NCBI GenBank assembly: GCA_963697435.1
Contig: CAVOOB010000002.1
Span: 587,681 to 651,680 of the forward strand
Source: an uncultured Gemmatimonadales bacterium
Lineage (GTDB): Bacteria; Gemmatimonadota; Gemmatimonadetes; Gemmatimonadales; GWC2-71-9
DNA: 64,000 bases
Direction of reading: 5' to 3'
The translations under genes were made by a program, and so were the position numbers. Of the stretch, positions 19,868 through 30,156 are shown in pieces (positions within the stretch are counted from its first letter, which is position 1; every line of letters begins with the position of its first letter). The notes beneath the pieces are model-generated. The model ran no database searches, was not told where the DNA came from, and saw nothing but the letters and a program-made list of their open reading frames with translations.

Positions 19868-20923
19868 ATGACACGTATGATTCGTGGTTCGGTCGTGCTC
19901 GCCGCCTGTGTCGGAGTTTTGTCATGCACGGGGGGCGACCCCACATCCGGTTCGCCGGGCGTGCCGAACAATATCGTCGCGCTGCCGGCCATCGTGAACA
20001 TCAGCGCCAATGCCACGGAGCTGATCGGCTTCCAGCTTGTCGATGACAACGGCGGCCAGATCCCCACCACCTGGTCGATCGGGGCCACCCCGGCCGGGTT
20101 TTCGGTCGTCATCGATTCGAGCTTCCGCCCGGTCTACAATTCGGACGGGACGCTCACGCTGCCGAGCGAGCAGACGGAGATTCGGGCCACCATTTCCGGC
20201 CTGATCCCGAGCAGTGGATCGTTCACTGTCTCCGCGAGTGGCAAGTCGATCACCATTCCTGTCACGGTCATCAACGACGCCCTGCCGGCCACCTTCAACA
20301 CCACCACCCCCAACATCGGGCAGCCACTGGTGGTCACCATGCCGGCCGGCCTGACCCTCAACGCGGACGCCACCTACGCCTTCGATGGCGCGGATGCCCC
20401 GATCGTCGTCTCGCAGGCGGCGGACGGCAGTTCCGTCACGCTCCTCGTGGCGCCTGGGACGGCGGCCCCGCTCGATGTCGCCGGCATCACGGCCGACTAC
20501 GCGCCCACGCTGACCCTGACCTTGAGCACCACCGAGACGATCACCGCGACGGGCACGTCGGATTACGTCGGGACGGACGATCCCTCCACGGCGCCGGAAA
20601 TCGCCTTGCCGACCGTGGTCGGGGGATCGGTGTCGTTCTATGACATTCCTTCTGCGGTCGACCAGTTCTACAAGATCGTGCTGACTGCCCCGAGCACCAT
20701 CACGGTCGGCACCGATTGGGCCGATCACGCAGCGGATATCGACCAGCTTTGGCTGGACGGCACGTTTGCGCTGATCCCGCCGTTTACCGCGGCGACCGGC
20801 TCGGCGCCCGAAGCCTCCACGGCGGTGTTTGCGGCCGGAACGTACTACATCTACGTCAACCAGTACGATGGCGATCCGGGTGCCTGGTACAAGATTACGA
20901 TCACGCTGGACTCGCAGCCGTAA
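19868..20923 (+). CDS. Lipoprotein, Thr/Ser-rich with Ig-like and PPC-like domains, function unknown
   Basis: Lipobox GVLSC; beta-rich sequence; C-terminal DQFYKI...ADID...AAGTYYIYVNQY...YKITITL. Confidence 0.7.
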   Translation: MTRMIRGSVVLAACVGVLSCTGGDPTSGSPGVPNNIVALPAIVNISANATELIGFQLVDDNGGQIPTTWSIGATPAGFSVVIDSSFRPVYNSDGTLTLPSEQTEIRATISGLIPSSGSFTVSASGKSITIPVTVINDALPATFNTTTPNIGQPLVVTMPAGLTLNADATYAFDGADAPIVVSQAADGSSVTLLVAPGTAAPLDVAGITADYAPTLTLTLSTTETITATGTSDYVGTDDPSTAPEIALPTVVGGSVSFYDIPSAVDQFYKIVLTAPSTITVGTDWADHAADIDQLWLDGTFALIPPFTAATGSAPEASTAVFAAGTYYIYVNQYDGDPGAWYKITITLDSQP

Positions 20924-20955
20924 GGCGTGAGGCACCAGCGGGTCCCGTACGACCG

Positions 20956-20985
20956 AACGCCCCCTGCCGACCGGCAGGGGGCGTT
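20956..20985. terminator. Terminator hairpin between convergent genes
   Basis: 13-bp stem AACGCCCCCTGCC / GGCAGGGGGCGTT followed by TG. Confidence 0.75.
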
Positions 20986-21039
20986 TGTCATTGGGGCTGC
21001 GCCGGCCGTGCCGGTGGCCATTGACGGGTGGGGCGGCAC

Positions 21040-22434
21040 CTAGCGCGTCGGCTCGCCCCTGCCGGCGGTGTAGAGCGACGTCAGTCGCTGCGCACGGAAC
21101 ACGTACCTGCCGTCGAGCCCGGTCAGCTCCCAGGTCCGGTTTCCCGCCGGATCCACCTCGATGACACGGCCGGCCCGCCCGAAGGACACCGTCGCGTGGC
21201 CGTCCGGGTGAAACTGGGTGGCCCCTCCCACCACGGTCCATGTGGTCGGCGCGTCGATCGCCTGCCATTCGAGCGCGGCGTTGCCGGCGGCGGGGTTCAT
21301 GAGATAGCGTACGAGCCGACTGGGCGCCGCCAGACCATTGTCCAGGAACTGGACATGCCCGGGGCCGGCCAGCCGGACGCCGTGCTGCCGCTCGAAGCTC
21401 CCCTTCGGGTCATTGAGCAGGGTGAATTGGTTCCGCAAGCCGCCGAAGCGCCAGATGACCGCGCCTGTGACCCGATCGACCTTGGTGACCTCGCTCAGGC
21501 TGCGGAAACCGAGGAGCAGGTTGCCGTCAGTGTCGAAACCGAGCCCGTTGCCGTGTGTGAAATTGACGTTTGGCCCCGTCCGATCGATCAGGGGCAGATC
21601 GGTGATGTCGAAGTGGTCGAAGGCATTCCATTCCCACAACAGCGCACCGCTCGCAGACAAGTGCTGAACGACCGTAGCCATCACCGACGCGGCCGCGTCC
21701 CCCCCGACGCCGCTCAGGTCCATCACCCGGGTCTCATCGCAGAGCATCCATGCGTCACCCCCGGCATCGACCAGGACCTCATGGAAGCGGGTCGGGCGCC
21801 CCGCGCAGGTCAGAGTGCCCGTTTGCTCGCCGAGGGCATTGAGCACTCGAAACTCCGTCTCCGGGGCTCCGCTGCCCAGAATCGTATAGACCCCGGCCGG
21901 GTGCGCCTGGAAGGAATTCAGGACACCGTTGGGGGAATGGTGGTACCAGACCACCTTCCCGGAGTTGTCCACCGTGACCGCGCCGTCCGGCAGGGAGAGC
22001 GCGACGTAGCCCGCCTGCGACGAGGTGCCGAGGCTCCCGATCGCGGGAATCCAGCCCGGGAGTGATCCGGTGGTGAAGACGAGAGAATCGACCGTCCGCT
22101 CCGCCGCCCCCGCCAGCATCAAGACGACCCGAAACGTGTATGCGGTGGCGGTGTCGAGCCCAAGGACGGGGATTCGCACGGCCGTTTCACCTGCAAACCC
22201 GATTGCTGGAGTGCTGGCGGGCGGGCTGCCGGCACTTCCCTGGTACTCGATGTAGGCGCTGTCGTACCCCACGGCTCGGACCATCACAGCCGCCGAGATG
22301 GCGTTTTCCGGAATCTGCTGGACTTCCGCCCCTTGGTACTGCTGGGCGGTGGGAGCCTGCGTGTCTCCATCGATGCATCCGGCTACCGCGATCAACGACA
22401 CGGCGGCGGTCAAGCCGCGAGAATAGCTGGTCAT
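21040..22434 (-). CDS. Arylsulfotransferase (ASST)-family lipoprotein
   Basis: Lipobox AVAGC; VRIPVLGL N-domain; WEWNAFDHF, FTHGNGL, FERQHGVR, YVFRA beta-propeller motifs. Confidence 0.82.
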   Translation of the reverse strand: MTSYSRGLTAAVSLIAVAGCIDGDTQAPTAQQYQGAEVQQIPENAISAAVMVRAVGYDSAYIEYQGSAGSPPASTPAIGFAGETAVRIPVLGLDTATAYTFRVVLMLAGAAERTVDSLVFTTGSLPGWIPAIGSLGTSSQAGYVALSLPDGAVTVDNSGKVVWYHHSPNGVLNSFQAHPAGVYTILGSGAPETEFRVLNALGEQTGTLTCAGRPTRFHEVLVDAGGDAWMLCDETRVMDLSGVGGDAAASVMATVVQHLSASGALLWEWNAFDHFDITDLPLIDRTGPNVNFTHGNGLGFDTDGNLLLGFRSLSEVTKVDRVTGAVIWRFGGLRNQFTLLNDPKGSFERQHGVRLAGPGHVQFLDNGLAAPSRLVRYLMNPAAGNAALEWQAIDAPTTWTVVGGATQFHPDGHATVSFGRAGRVIEVDPAGNRTWELTGLDGRYVFRAQRLTSLYTAGRGEPTR

Positions 22435-22469
22435 GAGGTCCTCAGGTGTGCATTGGCGTTCGCAGGAGG

Positions 22470-24284
22470 TCAGGCGTTGGCGGCGACCCGCTCCAGCTCG
22501 GCGTCGCCGTTCCTGAATTGCCGTTGGTAGAGCCGGGCGTACAGCCCGCCCCGGGCCAGGAGATCGGCGTGGGAGCCCTCCTCCACCACCCGCCCATGGT
22601 CCAGGACCACGAGGCGGTCGGCCCGGCGGACCGTGCTGAGGCGGTGGGCGATGATCAGGGTGCTCCGCCCGACCAGAAGCTTTGCCAGGGCGTCTTCCAC
22701 CAGCCGCTCGCTCTCGGTGTCGAGGCTGCTGGTCGCCTCGTCGAGAATGAGGACCGCCGGGTCCTTCAGGACCGCCCGGGCGATGGCAATCCGCTGCCGT
22801 TGGCCTCCGGAGAGCTTGACCCCCCGTTCCCCCACAATCGTCTCGTAGCCGTCCGGGAGCCGCTCCACGAACTCATGGGCGTGCGCCGCCCGGCCTGCCC
22901 GCTCAACGTCGGCCTCAGAGGCCTCTGGGCGCGCATAGGCGATATTCTCGCGCACGGTCCCGCTGAACAGAGCCGGTTCCTGCGGAACCACACCGATGGC
23001 ACCCCGAAGCTCCGTGAGCCGGAGCTCCCGGACATCGGTCCCGTCCAGCCGAACAGACCCCTCCGCGACGTCCCAGAACCGGGGGAGGAGGCTGATCAGG
23101 GTGGTCTTTCCAGCCCCGGAGGGCCCCACGATCGCGACGACCTCACCGGGGGCCAGGGAGAGACTTACCTCGCGCACCGCCCACGGGGCCTCGGGGTGGT
23201 CCAGATAGCGGAACGACACCCGGTCGAATTCCACTTGCCCCTTGATCGGGCGTGGCAGGGGGGTCGGCGTGGGCGGGTCGGCAATCGGGCTGCTGGTTTC
23301 CAGGAGCTGGAAGACCCGCTCGGCGGCCCCCACCGACTCCTGGAAGTTGCCGAAGAACGACGCCAGGGCACCGACAGAGGCCGCGATGGTCACCGTGAGC
23401 AGGAGGAAGCTGACGAGCGTTCCGGCGGTCAGGGAGCCGTTCAGGACCAGCCGGCCCCCTTGCCAGAGCACGATGACGATCCCCGTGAACGTGCTGAAGG
23501 TGATGGCGCCGAAGAACACCCCCCGGACCTTGGCCCGGATCAGCGCGGCCCGGACCACTTCACCAATCAGTCCGCCGTATCGCCCGCGCTCCGCCGGCTC
23601 CTGCACGAAGCTCTGCACCGTGCGGATCTGGCTGAAGGCCTCCTCGGCCACCGCGGTGGCCCCCGCCATCTTGTCCTGCACGCCGGTACTGATCCGGCGG
23701 AGGCGGCGGCCGAAGAAGAGGGCGGTACCGACCGCGACCGGCACCACGGCCAGCGCCGTCAGGGTCAGCTGAGGTTGAATCCAGGTCAGGAGCAGTATGC
23801 CCCCGACGAGGGCCAGGATCTGCCGGGTGAACTCGGCAATCTGATTGCTCAGGACCCCCTGGAGGAGCCCGATATCGATGGTGAGCCGGCTGGTCAATTC
23901 GCCGGTCTTTCGGTCGGCGAAGAACCCCGGGGGCATGTCCAGCAACTTGGCGAACAGCTCTTCCCGGAGGCCGGCCACCGCGCGCTCGCCGGTGGCACTC
24001 AGCAGATAGGTCTGGGCGAAGTTGAGCAGGGCCTGGATCAGGAAGAGCCCCGTCAGCCCCAGCGCCACACGGTCCAGGAGGGAGCGGTCCTGGTCCACGA
24101 AGGCGGCGTCGAGGAGGCGCCCGACCACCAGGGGAAAGGCCAGGCCGATGGCGGCGCTCAACAGGAGCGCGACCGAAGCCAGCGCCAGCGCGCCGCGGTG
24201 AGGTCGAATCCGCGGCCAGAGTCGGGCAAGCTGCTTCGGGGAGGGGATGCGGCGGCGCGCAGCTGGCTTGGTCGGCGTCGTCAC
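22470..24284 (-). CDS. ABC exporter, fused TMD and ATPase (MsbA-like)
   Basis: Six TM helices; GPSGAGKTT Walker A, LSGGQRQR signature, LILDEATSSLD Walker B. Confidence 0.93.
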   Translation of the reverse strand: MTTPTKPAARRRIPSPKQLARLWPRIRPHRGALALASVALLLSAAIGLAFPLVVGRLLDAAFVDQDRSLLDRVALGLTGLFLIQALLNFAQTYLLSATGERAVAGLREELFAKLLDMPPGFFADRKTGELTSRLTIDIGLLQGVLSNQIAEFTRQILALVGGILLLTWIQPQLTLTALAVVPVAVGTALFFGRRLRRISTGVQDKMAGATAVAEEAFSQIRTVQSFVQEPAERGRYGGLIGEVVRAALIRAKVRGVFFGAITFSTFTGIVIVLWQGGRLVLNGSLTAGTLVSFLLLTVTIAASVGALASFFGNFQESVGAAERVFQLLETSSPIADPPTPTPLPRPIKGQVEFDRVSFRYLDHPEAPWAVREVSLSLAPGEVVAIVGPSGAGKTTLISLLPRFWDVAEGSVRLDGTDVRELRLTELRGAIGVVPQEPALFSGTVRENIAYARPEASEADVERAGRAAHAHEFVERLPDGYETIVGERGVKLSGGQRQRIAIARAVLKDPAVLILDEATSSLDTESERLVEDALAKLLVGRSTLIIAHRLSTVRRADRLVVLDHGRVVEEGSHADLLARGGLYARLYQRQFRNGDAELERVAANA

Positions 24285-25279
24285 CGGCCGAGGGGACCGG
24301 CCACGGGAGCCGGCTGGTCAAGAATGAGCACCTCGGGGGTCTCCGCCTGCGCCTCGCGGGGGAGGGTCCGGTCCACGCTCATTGCCACGAAGAGGAGCGC
24401 CAGGTAGGCCAGGGAGTACTTGTACATCTTCCAGGCGGTGGGGGTGACCCCCTCCTCACGGAGCAGCTGGAAGTTGTACCAGAGAAACCGGCCGCCGAGG
24501 GCCAGTGCGGTGACCGCGTAGAGGAGGCCGAAGGCGCCGAAGAGCGCCGGGAGAATGGTGAGCGGGATCAGGATGAGGGTGTAGATCAGCATCTGCACCT
24601 TGGTCTCCCGCTCGCCGCGGACCACCGGCAGCATCGGGATGCCTGCCTTGGCGTACTCGCCCTTCTTCAGCAACGCCAACGCCCAGAAGTGCGGGGGCGT
24701 CCAGTAGAAGATGATGGCAAAGAGGTAGAAGGCGGTCAGGTCGAGGTGCCCCGCCATGGCCGCATACCCGACGAGCGGTGGAAAGGCGCCCGCCGCCCCT
24801 CCAATGACGATGTTCTGAGGGGTGGATCGCTTCAGCCAGACGGTATAGACCAGCACATAGAAGAGGAGACCACCGAGCGCCAGCCAGGCACTCAGGGGAT
24901 TGGCGAACCGCCAGAGGATGGCGAAGGCCAGCGTTCCCAGTCCAATACCGAATGCCAGCGCCGCCAGGGGGGCCACTCGCCCGGAGGGGACGGGGCGCAG
25001 CCTGGTCCGGGACATAAAATGGTCGATGTCCTGATCGAACCACATGTTGATGGCGTTGGCGCCCCCCGCCATCAGGAAGCCCCCCAGCAGTACCCATCCC
25101 ACGAGGGAGAGGGGCGGGGCGCCGAGGCCGGTGATGTACATCGGGGCCACGGCGGTCACCAGCAGCAGGGAAATGACCCTCGGCTTGGTGAGGGCGACCA
25201 GATCCCGTCCAAGGGAGGGGCGAGCCAGTCGCTCGCCCCTGACCGGGGTTGGATCCGTCCTGTCCTGCGGCACGCCCAT
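24281..25279 (-). CDS. cyoE: Protoheme IX farnesyltransferase (heme o synthase)
   Basis: LTKPRVISLL, NMWFDQDIDHFMSRTRLRP, LKRSTPQNIVIGGAAGAFPPLVG, WTPPHFWALAL. Confidence 0.95.
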   Translation of the reverse strand: MGVPQDRTDPTPVRGERLARPSLGRDLVALTKPRVISLLLVTAVAPMYITGLGAPPLSLVGWVLLGGFLMAGGANAINMWFDQDIDHFMSRTRLRPVPSGRVAPLAALAFGIGLGTLAFAILWRFANPLSAWLALGGLLFYVLVYTVWLKRSTPQNIVIGGAAGAFPPLVGYAAMAGHLDLTAFYLFAIIFYWTPPHFWALALLKKGEYAKAGIPMLPVVRGERETKVQMLIYTLILIPLTILPALFGAFGLLYAVTALALGGRFLWYNFQLLREEGVTPTAWKMYKYSLAYLALLFVAMSVDRTLPREAQAETPEVLILDQPAPVAGPLGR

Positions 25280-25366
25280 TCCTGCTCCGGGTCACTGGGA
25301 AAGGGGAAAAGAAACGGCCTCCGGAGGGTCCTTGTCAAGCGGAGTCGAGGGGCGCAAACTGCACTG

Positions 25367-26740
25367 ATGCAAACATCGAACACTGAAACGGGCGTCCGCG
25401 ACGCCTGGGGTGAGCGCCTCCCCCGCCGCCTCGGCCTCATGAGTGCCGTGGCGGTTCTGGTCGGCTCGACCATTGGCAGTGGGATCTTCCGGGTCCCGGC
25501 CAGCGTGGCGGGGAGGATCACGGAGCCCGGCCCCTTCCTCTTCGCCTGGGCCCTCGGCGGGGCCATCGTGCTGTGCGGCGCGCTGACCTACGCCGAACTT
25601 GCTGCCGCCCTGCCTCGGTCCGGTGGGGTGTTCGCATACATCCTCGAGGCGTTCGGTCCTCTCCCGGCCTTCCTGTTCGGATGGTCCACGCTGGCGGTGA
25701 TTCGAGCCTCGGCGCTCGGCGCCATCTCGACGATCTTCGCGGAGTACCTCGGGTACTTCGTTCCACTGACCGGGACGCAGGTGCAATACGTCGCGGCCGG
25801 GGCAATCATCCTGGTGGGGCTGTTCAACTACTTCGGGGTCAATGTCGCGGCGGTACTGGTCAACCTGTCGACCGTGGTCAAGTACGGGGCGCTTGTGGCG
25901 CTGGCGGGACTGGCCTTTCTGATCGGCGAAGGCACCACCGCCAACTTCGCTCCGGTGTGGGGGGGCGGCGTCCAGCTGTCCATCATGGGGACCGCCCTGA
26001 TCTCGATCATGTGGACCTACGACGGGTGGGCCGACCTGGCCTATCTCGGTGGGGAGGTGAAGGACCCCGCGCGGAACCTGCCGCGCGCGCTGGTGCTGGG
26101 CACCCTGGCCATCATCGCCATCTACCTCGTGGTGAACATGGCCTACGTCTACCTGGTGCCCCTGCCGGAGATGGCAGGCTCCGCGCTGGTTGCCGCGACG
26201 GCGGCCGAGCGGATCCCGCTCTTCGGGGGTGGGGGTGGCGGTGCCGCCATCGCGGCCGTCGTGATGATCTCCACGTTCAGCGCGCTGCTCGGTTCGATGA
26301 TGACGGGGCCGCGGGTCTTCTTCGCCATGGCCGACCGGGGCCTCTTCTTCAACGCCATTGCGCGGGTCAGCCCGCGGTACAAGAGCCCCTCGGTGGCCAT
26401 CCTCCTCGCCACCGGGCTTGGTGTGGTCTACGTCCTCCTCAATGATTTCCAGCAGCTGGCCGACAAGTTCATTCTCGGTATCTGGCCCTTCTACGCCCTG
26501 GCGGTCGGGGCGGTGTTCGTCCTGCGGAAGAAGCAGCCTGACCTGGTCCGTCCCTACCGGACCTGGGGGTACCCGGCCGTCCCCCTGCTGTTCATGGCGG
26601 CGTCCATTGCGATCATCCTGAACGCCCTCTGGACCGACCCCATCAACACCGGCCTCACATTCGGGATTATTCTGGTCGGAGTTCCGGTCTACTTCGTGTG
26701 GCGGCGGACGCACCGTCCGTCCGGGAACGCCGAGTCCTGA
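25367..26740 (+). CDS. APC-family amino acid permease (LAT/SteT-like)
   Basis: LPRRLGL, GSTIGSGIF, YAELAAALPRSGG, WTYDGW, RPYRTWGYP. Confidence 0.92.
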   Translation: MQTSNTETGVRDAWGERLPRRLGLMSAVAVLVGSTIGSGIFRVPASVAGRITEPGPFLFAWALGGAIVLCGALTYAELAAALPRSGGVFAYILEAFGPLPAFLFGWSTLAVIRASALGAISTIFAEYLGYFVPLTGTQVQYVAAGAIILVGLFNYFGVNVAAVLVNLSTVVKYGALVALAGLAFLIGEGTTANFAPVWGGGVQLSIMGTALISIMWTYDGWADLAYLGGEVKDPARNLPRALVLGTLAIIAIYLVVNMAYVYLVPLPEMAGSALVAATAAERIPLFGGGGGGAAIAAVVMISTFSALLGSMMTGPRVFFAMADRGLFFNAIARVSPRYKSPSVAILLATGLGVVYVLLNDFQQLADKFILGIWPFYALAVGAVFVLRKKQPDLVRPYRTWGYPAVPLLFMAASIAIILNALWTDPINTGLTFGIILVGVPVYFVWRRTHRPSGNAES

Positions 26741-26868
26741 GGTCGGATTGGGCTCCTTGACCCCGGGCTGGCGAAGCGTAAGTTTTTCGGCCATCATAGC
26801 CGTTGTATCGCCTGATGCCGAAGTCCCTGTCTGACGTGCGTCTTTTTCACTCCAGTCGAGGTGTCCCT

Positions 26869-29800
26869 ATGCAGTCATGGTTTCGTCGGGTAGCGACCGC
26901 GACGGCCGCAGGCGTGCTGTTGACGCTTGGCGCCGGCACTCTGTTCGCGCAGGGCGTCACGACGGCGGCAGTGACCGGGACCGTCACGCAGGAATCGGGG
27001 GCGCCGGTCGAAGGCGCCGTCGTCACGCTGACCAATCGCGGCACCGGCGCGAAGATCACCGCGACCTCCCAGGGGAACGGCAAGTTCTTCATGGAGAACG
27101 TGACGGTCGGCGGCCCGTACACCATCGAGGCCCGCGCCATCGGCTTCGAGGCGGCGCGGCGCGACAACGTGATGCTCTCCCTCGGCCAGCGTTTCGTGTC
27201 CAACTTCACGCTGCGGCAGCAGATCGTGGAACTGCAGGAGATCGCGGTCAACGCCGAGACGGGCGACCCGGTCATGAACACCGCCAAGACCGGCGTGGCC
27301 CAGTCGATCGGCGACACCGCCATCAACCGGCTTCCGATTCTCGGCCGCAACTTCCAGGACCTTGTGGCCACGACGCCGCAGGTGGCGAACGTCGGCGCGG
27401 GCGTGTCGGCCGGCGGCCAGAACAACCGCTTCAACAGCATCCAGATCGACGGTGGCGTCAATAATGACCTCTTCGGCCTCGGTGCCAGCGGTGTGCCGGG
27501 CGGCCAGGCCAACGCCAAGGCCATTTCGCTCGAGGCGGTCAAGGAGTTTCAGGTCCTCATCGCGCCATACGACGTGCGGCTGGGCAATTTCGCCGGCGGC
27601 CTGATCAACGCGGTCACGCAGTCGGGCACCAACAAGTTCGGTGGGTCGGTGTTCGGGTATCTGCAGAACCAGGACCTGGTCGGTACGGACGTCAACGGAG
27701 AAAAGTCCGCCGACTTCCGGGTGCTGCAGTATGGCGGCACGCTGAGCGGCGCCATCATCAAGGACAAGCTCCACTACTTTGCCGCGGCCGACATTCAGCA
27801 GCGGACGACGCCGTTCGACGGGATCACGTATGCGGAATCCGGTGCCGATCCCGGCGATGCCGACCGGATGATCGCGCACCTGAACTCGCTCGGCGCCGAG
27901 CAGTGGGGCGGGGCGGGGGATGCCGGGGGCTTCACCATCGAGAACCCGAACCCGACGTATTTCGGGAAGCTCACCTGGTCGCCGGCCCCGAACCAGAACG
28001 TCTCGCTGTCGTACAACAACGTCGAGGCGTCGGTGGATGTCATTTCCCGCCGCCAGAACGGCCAGTGGCAGATGACGTCGGGCGGGTACCAGATCCAGAA
28101 CAACACCAATTCGCTGCGACTCATCTGGAGCGGCGTGTTCAGCGGGAAGTACTCCAACGAGTTCATTGCCGGCTTGCAGTCGGTCCGGGACAAGCGCGCG
28201 CCGACCACCACGTACCCCACGATCCTCATGAACTCCGGCGGGACCGGCACGCAGCTCGTGGCCGGCGCGGAGCGGTTCTCGCAGGCCAACTCACTCGACC
28301 AGGACATCTACGAACTCACCGACAACCTGACCGTCGGTATCGGCGATCATCGTGTCACCATCGGTACCCACAACGAGTTCTTCGGCTTCAATAACGTCTT
28401 CTTCCCGCAGAGCATCGGGCAGTGGACCTTTGCCAACATCGACTCCTTCGAGAACAACGCGCCGGTCCGGTTCGACCGCGCGCTGCCGCTCCGTGAGGGT
28501 GGCCCGACGGCCGACTTCAACGTGAACCAGTGGGGCCTGTACGTCCAGGATCAGTTCAATCTCGGGCCGGTGGTGCTGACGGCCGGCATCCGGTGGGACA
28601 ACCCCATTTTCCCCGATGCCCCGGCCTACAACCCGGTCCTCGATTCGGTCACGTCCGATCCAAACCTCTGGACCGGTGGCACCATCAACACCAGCGTGGT
28701 GCCGAGCGGCAACGCCACCTGGTCACCCCGCCTCGGCTTCAACTGGGATGTGAACGGCCAGGGAATGACCATCGTGCGCGGCGGCGTCGGCTACTTCGGG
28801 GGCCGCCCGGCCTATGTGTGGATGGCGAATGCGTACGGCAATACCGGCATGGAACAGACCCAGCTGACCTGTCGCAACGACAACGCCGATCCGCTCGACG
28901 ACGTCCCGACCTTCTCGCTCGATCCGAACCAGCAGCCCACCACCTGCGCCGGGGGCGCCGGGCCGCGCCAGTCGACGCCAACCATCAACTATTTCGACCC
29001 CAGCTTCAAGTTTGAACAGAACATGAAGCTGTCCTTGGGCATGGACCAGCGGTTGCCATGGGGGATGGTCGGCACGATCGACCTGATCTATACGAAGTCC
29101 CAGAACACGCTCTATATCCAGGACAACAACCTGGTCGGCGTGGTGGACGAGAGCACGCTCACCTACGCGACCGGGGAAGGCAACCGGGCGCGCTACGGGG
29201 TGAACTCCCTGAGCAGCGGCTCGGCCACGCCGAACCGCCAGACCTCCGTGGTCGGGCCGGTGCTGCAGCACCTGAACAAGTCCGAGGACCACGTCTTCAG
29301 CGGCACCATCCAGCTGCAGAAGCGCTTCTCGAATGGCATCGAGTTCAACGGCGGCTACACCTACAGCGACGCCCAGGACGTGATGTCGCTGACCTCGAGC
29401 ATCGCCTTCTCGAACTACGGTTTCGCCACCCTGAACGGTCTCCTGAACGAGCGCGACCTGACGACCTCCACCTTCAGCCGCCCCCACCGGGTGGTCCTGA
29501 GCGGCACGGTCAACCTCCCCGGCGACTTCGACTTCTCGCTGATCTACTCCGGCGTGTCGGGCTCGCCGTTCGGGTACGTAATCAACGGCGACGCCAACGC
29601 CGACGGCGTCGGCGGCACCAACCGCGAATTGAACGACATGTTCTACATTCCTCGGGACCAGGACGACATCACGATGTACGGCCCGACCCCGAGCGCGTCG
29701 TACGACTCGTTGGCGAATTTCATCAACAGCCAGCCGTGCATGCGCAATCAACGGGGCCAGATCATGGAGCGGAACAGCTGCCGCAACCCCTGGATCAACA

Positions 29801-30075
29801 TGCTCGACGCCCGGCTCCAGAAGGTGGTCCCGACCTTCAACGGGCAGATGATGATCCTGTCGCTCGACGTGTTCAACCTGCTGAACATGATCGACAGCGA
29901 CTGGGGGCTCGTGAAGCAGACCAGTGGTTTCGAGGGTGTGAGCGCGGTTCGCCTCCGTGGGTGGGACCCGCTCAACAACCGGGGCATCTACAGCCCGTCG
30001 CTGCCCACGCTCAATCGGGTCGACCCCAACGCCTCGGTCTGGCGGATCCAGCTCGGCGGCAAGTACATCTGGTAG
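26869..30075 (+). CDS. TonB-dependent receptor, Oar-like
   Basis: Signal peptide LFA/Q; LPILGRNFQDL, GQNNRFNSIQIDGGVNNDLFGL, ISLEAVKEFQV, GGLINAVTQSGTN; C-terminus WRIQLGGKYIW. Confidence 0.92.
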   Translation: MQSWFRRVATATAAGVLLTLGAGTLFAQGVTTAAVTGTVTQESGAPVEGAVVTLTNRGTGAKITATSQGNGKFFMENVTVGGPYTIEARAIGFEAARRDNVMLSLGQRFVSNFTLRQQIVELQEIAVNAETGDPVMNTAKTGVAQSIGDTAINRLPILGRNFQDLVATTPQVANVGAGVSAGGQNNRFNSIQIDGGVNNDLFGLGASGVPGGQANAKAISLEAVKEFQVLIAPYDVRLGNFAGGLINAVTQSGTNKFGGSVFGYLQNQDLVGTDVNGEKSADFRVLQYGGTLSGAIIKDKLHYFAAADIQQRTTPFDGITYAESGADPGDADRMIAHLNSLGAEQWGGAGDAGGFTIENPNPTYFGKLTWSPAPNQNVSLSYNNVEASVDVISRRQNGQWQMTSGGYQIQNNTNSLRLIWSGVFSGKYSNEFIAGLQSVRDKRAPTTTYPTILMNSGGTGTQLVAGAERFSQANSLDQDIYELTDNLTVGIGDHRVTIGTHNEFFGFNNVFFPQSIGQWTFANIDSFENNAPVRFDRALPLREGGPTADFNVNQWGLYVQDQFNLGPVVLTAGIRWDNPIFPDAPAYNPVLDSVTSDPNLWTGGTINTSVVPSGNATWSPRLGFNWDVNGQGMTIVRGGVGYFGGRPAYVWMANAYGNTGMEQTQLTCRNDNADPLDDVPTFSLDPNQQPTTCAGGAGPRQSTPTINYFDPSFKFEQNMKLSLGMDQRLPWGMVGTIDLIYTKSQNTLYIQDNNLVGVVDESTLTYATGEGNRARYGVNSLSSGSATPNRQTSVVGPVLQHLNKSEDHVFSGTIQLQKRFSNGIEFNGGYTYSDAQDVMSLTSSIAFSNYGFATLNGLLNERDLTTSTFSRPHRVVLSGTVNLPGDFDFSLIYSGVSGSPFGYVINGDANADGVGGTNRELNDMFYIPRDQDDITMYGPTPSASYDSLANFINSQPCMRNQRGQIMERNSCRNPWINMLDARLQKVVPTFNGQMMILSLDVFNLLNMIDSDWGLVKQTSGFEGVSAVRLRGWDPLNNRGIYSPSLPTLNRVDPNASVWRIQLGGKYIW

Positions 30076-30100
30076 GGTTGAGACGGCAGCACGCATGACG

Positions 30101-30131
30101 AAACGGCCCCCGGGATTCCGGGGGCCGTTTT
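30101..30131. terminator. Bidirectional intrinsic terminator
   Basis: AAACGGCCCCCGG-gatt-CCGGGGGCCGTTTT between convergent genes. Confidence 0.85.
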
Positions 30132-30156
30132 GCGCTATGGTTTCCATGCCGTGGCT

